64,000 bases of DNA from Longimicrobiales bacterium (GTDB lineage: Bacteria > Gemmatimonadota > Gemmatimonadetes > Longimicrobiales > Gaopeijiaceae), in NCBI GenBank assembly GCA_963664435.2, contig CAXXKM010000002.1:448001-512000 (forward strand), read 5' to 3'. This document shows positions 61,163-64,000 of the stretch, piece after piece. A model generated the notes under the pieces. That model did not search any database and was not told the origin of the DNA. It worked only from the letters and a program-made list of their open reading frames with translations. A program made the translations under genes and the position numbers. The first letter of the stretch is position 1. Each line of letters starts with the position of its first letter.

Positions 61163-62865
61163 CAAGTTTCTCCTCGACGGACCGGAGTCTCGCTGCGCTC
61201 CGCTAGTGGGCGCATGAGGCCCAGACCGAAGAACCGCCCGGCACCGAGCATGAACGGCCCGCATACGCCGTCATGGAACGTGAGCGATGCGTGAACGAGC
61301 TGCCGTCTCACGGGCTCGCCCTTTCGTCCCGCTTGGCGAAAAGGCGGGAAGTCGGCCACCCGCCGAGCGCCCGACATCCATGCATCTAGTGAGAGTCTCA
61401 CCTCGGACGGATCGGGCAGTCCGACATGCTTACACGCCAGCCTGATCGATGCCTCGGCCCGTCCCCACGCCTTCGCGCGAACTGCAGGGTTGCCTCGTGT
61501 CAGCGATCCAGGGTGACGTGGCAGGGCAACCGGCGTCGCGGACACCCACCGAGGAGATGGCCCTTTCCACACTGTGGGCCGCAACGATATCAGCTCAGAG
61601 ATTCCTGCAACCCTCCGTAGACGGACCTGACCACGGCTACCCAATGCGAGCGTCATATCCCCCTGGCGGCACCCGTGGTCGTCGAGAGTCGTCCGCTCCC
61701 ATAGTCCGATCGCGCGATGGAGGGCTGTTCGCGACATTCCGCCCATCGAGTTCGGTACGGAGAGTGCGATGCCGAGCATGCGGCCGTCGGCATGGGCAGA
61801 AGCCACATGGGGAATGGGCACGGTTGCCATGTGAGGGAGCAGGGTGGGCCGGCCGTCCCGCTGGTGGCCGCTCATCTCCTCCGGAATCGGGTCCTCGGCG
61901 TGGGCGAGAATCGCTGCGCGCATCGCCGAGGCGAGCTCGACGCCGCGAGTGACCGGAAAGCTCCGGCAATCGTGTGCAAGCTCGAAGACGATCCACTCGC
62001 CAACGGTGTCGGGCCACAAGAGCGTCTCCGCCGGCGATTCTAGGACGGCTTGGTAGCGCTCCGCAGTGTACGGGAGCGCCCGTGGCAGGTAGCCCTGATG
62101 GCGTGCGAATCGCCGCTCAAGCTCCGCAAGGTGCCCACGTCGGATTGTTCGGACAAGTGTCCCGCTTCCATCCGCCACTGGCACAAGAGTGGGCTCGGGT
62201 GGACTCGGTGCCACGCGACAAGACACCAGAGAGGACGAGTGCCCCAGCCGGGTCACACGCTCAAGCAACGGGTCAAGTGCCGGAGCTGCGGCGTCTGCCG
62301 TGCAGTTGCTCCAGACGTAGGTGACACAGGGCTCGTCCGGCACCATGGAGGGGAATGTACGCTCCTGTTTCCTCCGCCCCTCCGGTAACATCGCGACCGC
62401 CGTGCTCGGGGGCGTCTTTCCGGTACGTCCGGTGGCGTTGGCCACGTTGCGCTTGCTGGCCAATCGGTTCTGGAGTACTACTACCGCGGGCGTGACCTCC
62501 CCTACCGAAGCTGCCAGTGCTTCGTGGACCCGATCCGAGGCTTCGTAGACTTCTGCGGCTCGCCGTTCCTGGAGACTTCGACTGATCACCGCCGCGTCGT
62601 TCACGGGCACGAAGTGCGAAACCGTCCGGCGCGGCACGGCTTCGGACGCGGCGATCGCCGGAGCCCCGAGGCCCTCCAACCACTCAAGAGCCTTCCGCTC
62701 TTCGGGATCTGCTTCTTCCGGCTCCGCCCAAGCCGCGACCAGAGCCGAGAACAGGCGTGCGGGGTGCGGAGGCCACTCTCCGGCCCTGCGGTCGTTGTGG
62801 GACGTGGCAACGTACCTGCCGGTCAGGAAGTGGACCTCGATGGCGAACTTGTCGTTGCGCGGCAC
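61162..62865 (-). CDS. csb2: Type I-G Csb2 (Cas5-Cas6 fusion), full length
   Basis: FLTGRY.A, EWPPHPARLFSALVA, LGHSSSLV, W.SATP and GP..LGAGRFFGLGL motifs. Confidence 0.92.
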   Translation of the reverse strand: MPRNDKFAIEVHFLTGRYVATSHNDRRAGEWPPHPARLFSALVAAWAEPEEADPEERKALEWLEGLGAPAIAASEAVPRRTVSHFVPVNDAAVISRSLQERRAAEVYEASDRVHEALAASVGEVTPAVVVLQNRLASKRNVANATGRTGKTPPSTAVAMLPEGRRKQERTFPSMVPDEPCVTYVWSNCTADAAAPALDPLLERVTRLGHSSSLVSCRVAPSPPEPTLVPVADGSGTLVRTIRRGHLAELERRFARHQGYLPRALPYTAERYQAVLESPAETLLWPDTVGEWIVFELAHDCRSFPVTRGVELASAMRAAILAHAEDPIPEEMSGHQRDGRPTLLPHMATVPIPHVASAHADGRMLGIALSVPNSMGGMSRTALHRAIGLWERTTLDDHGCRQGDMTLALGSRGQVRLRRVAGISELISLRPTVWKGPSPRWVSATPVALPRHPGSLTRGNPAVRAKAWGRAEASIRLACKHVGLPDPSEVRLSLDAWMSGARRVADFPPFRQAGRKGEPVRRQLVHASLTFHDGVCGPFMLGAGRFFGLGLMRPLAERSETPVRRGET

Positions 62866-62883
62866 GGTATTGGCCCTCGGGGC

Positions 62884-64000
62884 TTACGACGCGACCGCCA
62901 CCTTGCGGCTGCGCGCGATCAGTTCGAGTAGCTTGGGCGCCGGCTCCAGGCGGATCTCGCCGGACTCCCATGGTATCCCCAAGTCCACGGCGTGGGAGAC
63001 GCTCTCCGCTAGAACGGCCGCAACGGTCGGCCTGTCCAAGGAGCCCATTTCGTGGCTCGATCCGTCCCGCGTCAGCAGTTCCAACCGGGGCAGGTGGGTA
63101 GGCAGCAAGAGACACCGCGAGCGCAGATCGAAGTCGGCCTCGTGCTGATAGACCACCGCGGCCACTCCCAGAGCGGCCACCGCCGTCCTAGCGGCGGACT
63201 CGGCATCCCTCCCCAGCTCCTTGAAGCGCAACCGGCGTAGCGCCGCCAGCGAGATGACGGTGGTTTGGACCGCACGCGAAATCGTCACCCCTCCGGCCAG
63301 GCCATCGATCGAAGGCGGGATATTGCCGTGGTTGATCTTGGATGGCTGCCCGGCTTCGCCGCTCGCGCTCTTTCGCGAGGCGAACACCGGCTTGCCCTTC
63401 CTCTGCTCGGCTTCCCCGGGGTCCGTAGTCCAAACCTCCTCGGGGTCGGCGCTGTTGAAGACCCTGTCCTCGGGAGCGACCCGTTCGATCCGCAACGGAT
63501 CGATCCGGCTTCCGACCTTCCTGCCAACCTCGGCGTCGAAGCCGACGATCTCGGACACGTAAGCCCGTTGGAACTTCGATCCCAAGCCGCCCTTCGGTCC
63601 CGTCGAATCCCACATGCCGAACAGCAGGGACGTCGGCGAATAACGGTACATCTGGGTAGCGTCCCGCGGTGTGGCGTCGGTGATCGCGCGTCCAATTTCC
63701 GACAGGCGGAACAGGGTGCCATCCAGAAGGCTGTCCCGGAAGATGGCATCAGCGATCCGGTGAGGCGCTTCCAGCACGGTCAGCTTCTCGTAATCAGTGA
63801 GGCCCGCGCCGTTCGAGAAGTCAACGTACGGAACCGGGAACGCCAGCTCGCCTCGTTCCCAGCCATCGAGAAGCGCCATCTCCGCGCGGTTCGCCTGCGA
63901 TGCCACAGAATCGAGCAGGACAGTGACGGACTTGCTGTCTCCGTCGCCGACCTGCCGCTCCTCGACCGCGTACTTGTGTTCTCCGCGTCCATCCACGGCG
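62884..64000 (-). CDS. csb1: Type I-G Csb1 (Cas7), 5' end outside window
   Basis: LLDSVASQANR.E, PHRIADA, SLLFG.WDS, GSRIDP, HGNIPP and LRSRC.L motifs. Confidence 0.92.
   Translation of the reverse strand, partial: AVDGRGEHKYAVEERQVGDGDSKSVTVLLDSVASQANRAEMALLDGWERGELAFPVPYVDFSNGAGLTDYEKLTVLEAPHRIADAIFRDSLLDGTLFRLSEIGRAITDATPRDATQMYRYSPTSLLFGMWDSTGPKGGLGSKFQRAYVSEIVGFDAEVGRKVGSRIDPLRIERVAPEDRVFNSADPEEVWTTDPGEAEQRKGKPVFASRKSASGEAGQPSKINHGNIPPSIDGLAGGVTISRAVQTTVISLAALRRLRFKELGRDAESAARTAVAALGVAAVVYQHEADFDLRSRCLLLPTHLPRLELLTRDGSSHEMGSLDRPTVAAVLAESVSHAVDLGIPWESGEIRLEPAPKLLELIARSRKVAVAS

Overview
GC-rich bacterial DNA. The gene content (a 6-bladed beta-propeller lipoprotein, an M28 peptidase, a DUF4175-like protein and a Gld-type ABC system) suggests Gemmatimonadota, but this is inference only. 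Bases 1-15.9 kb hold host-type genes, including msrPQ. The main find is a ~13.8-kb integrative mobilizable element at 15875-29706, bounded by a 13/14-bp direct repeat with arm-like motifs at both ends. It carries a tyrosine integrase, a ColE1-type mob operon with oriT, an hsdR remnant and a complete Myxan-type (I-B) CRISPR-Cas system with an 8-repeat array. After it come three type II toxin-antitoxin pairs, an NYN nuclease preceded by a structured hairpin, and a sugar ABC operon flanked by two MGH1/GH63-like hydrolases. The window ends with a second, apparently chimeric type I-G CRISPR-Cas locus with a 27-repeat array; it contains an extra stand-alone Cas6-like half of Csb2 and an inverted AAA/PD-(D/E)xK gene. 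Several single-base frameshifts fall in G runs and may be assembly errors. All calls come from reading motifs by eye; no database searches were run.
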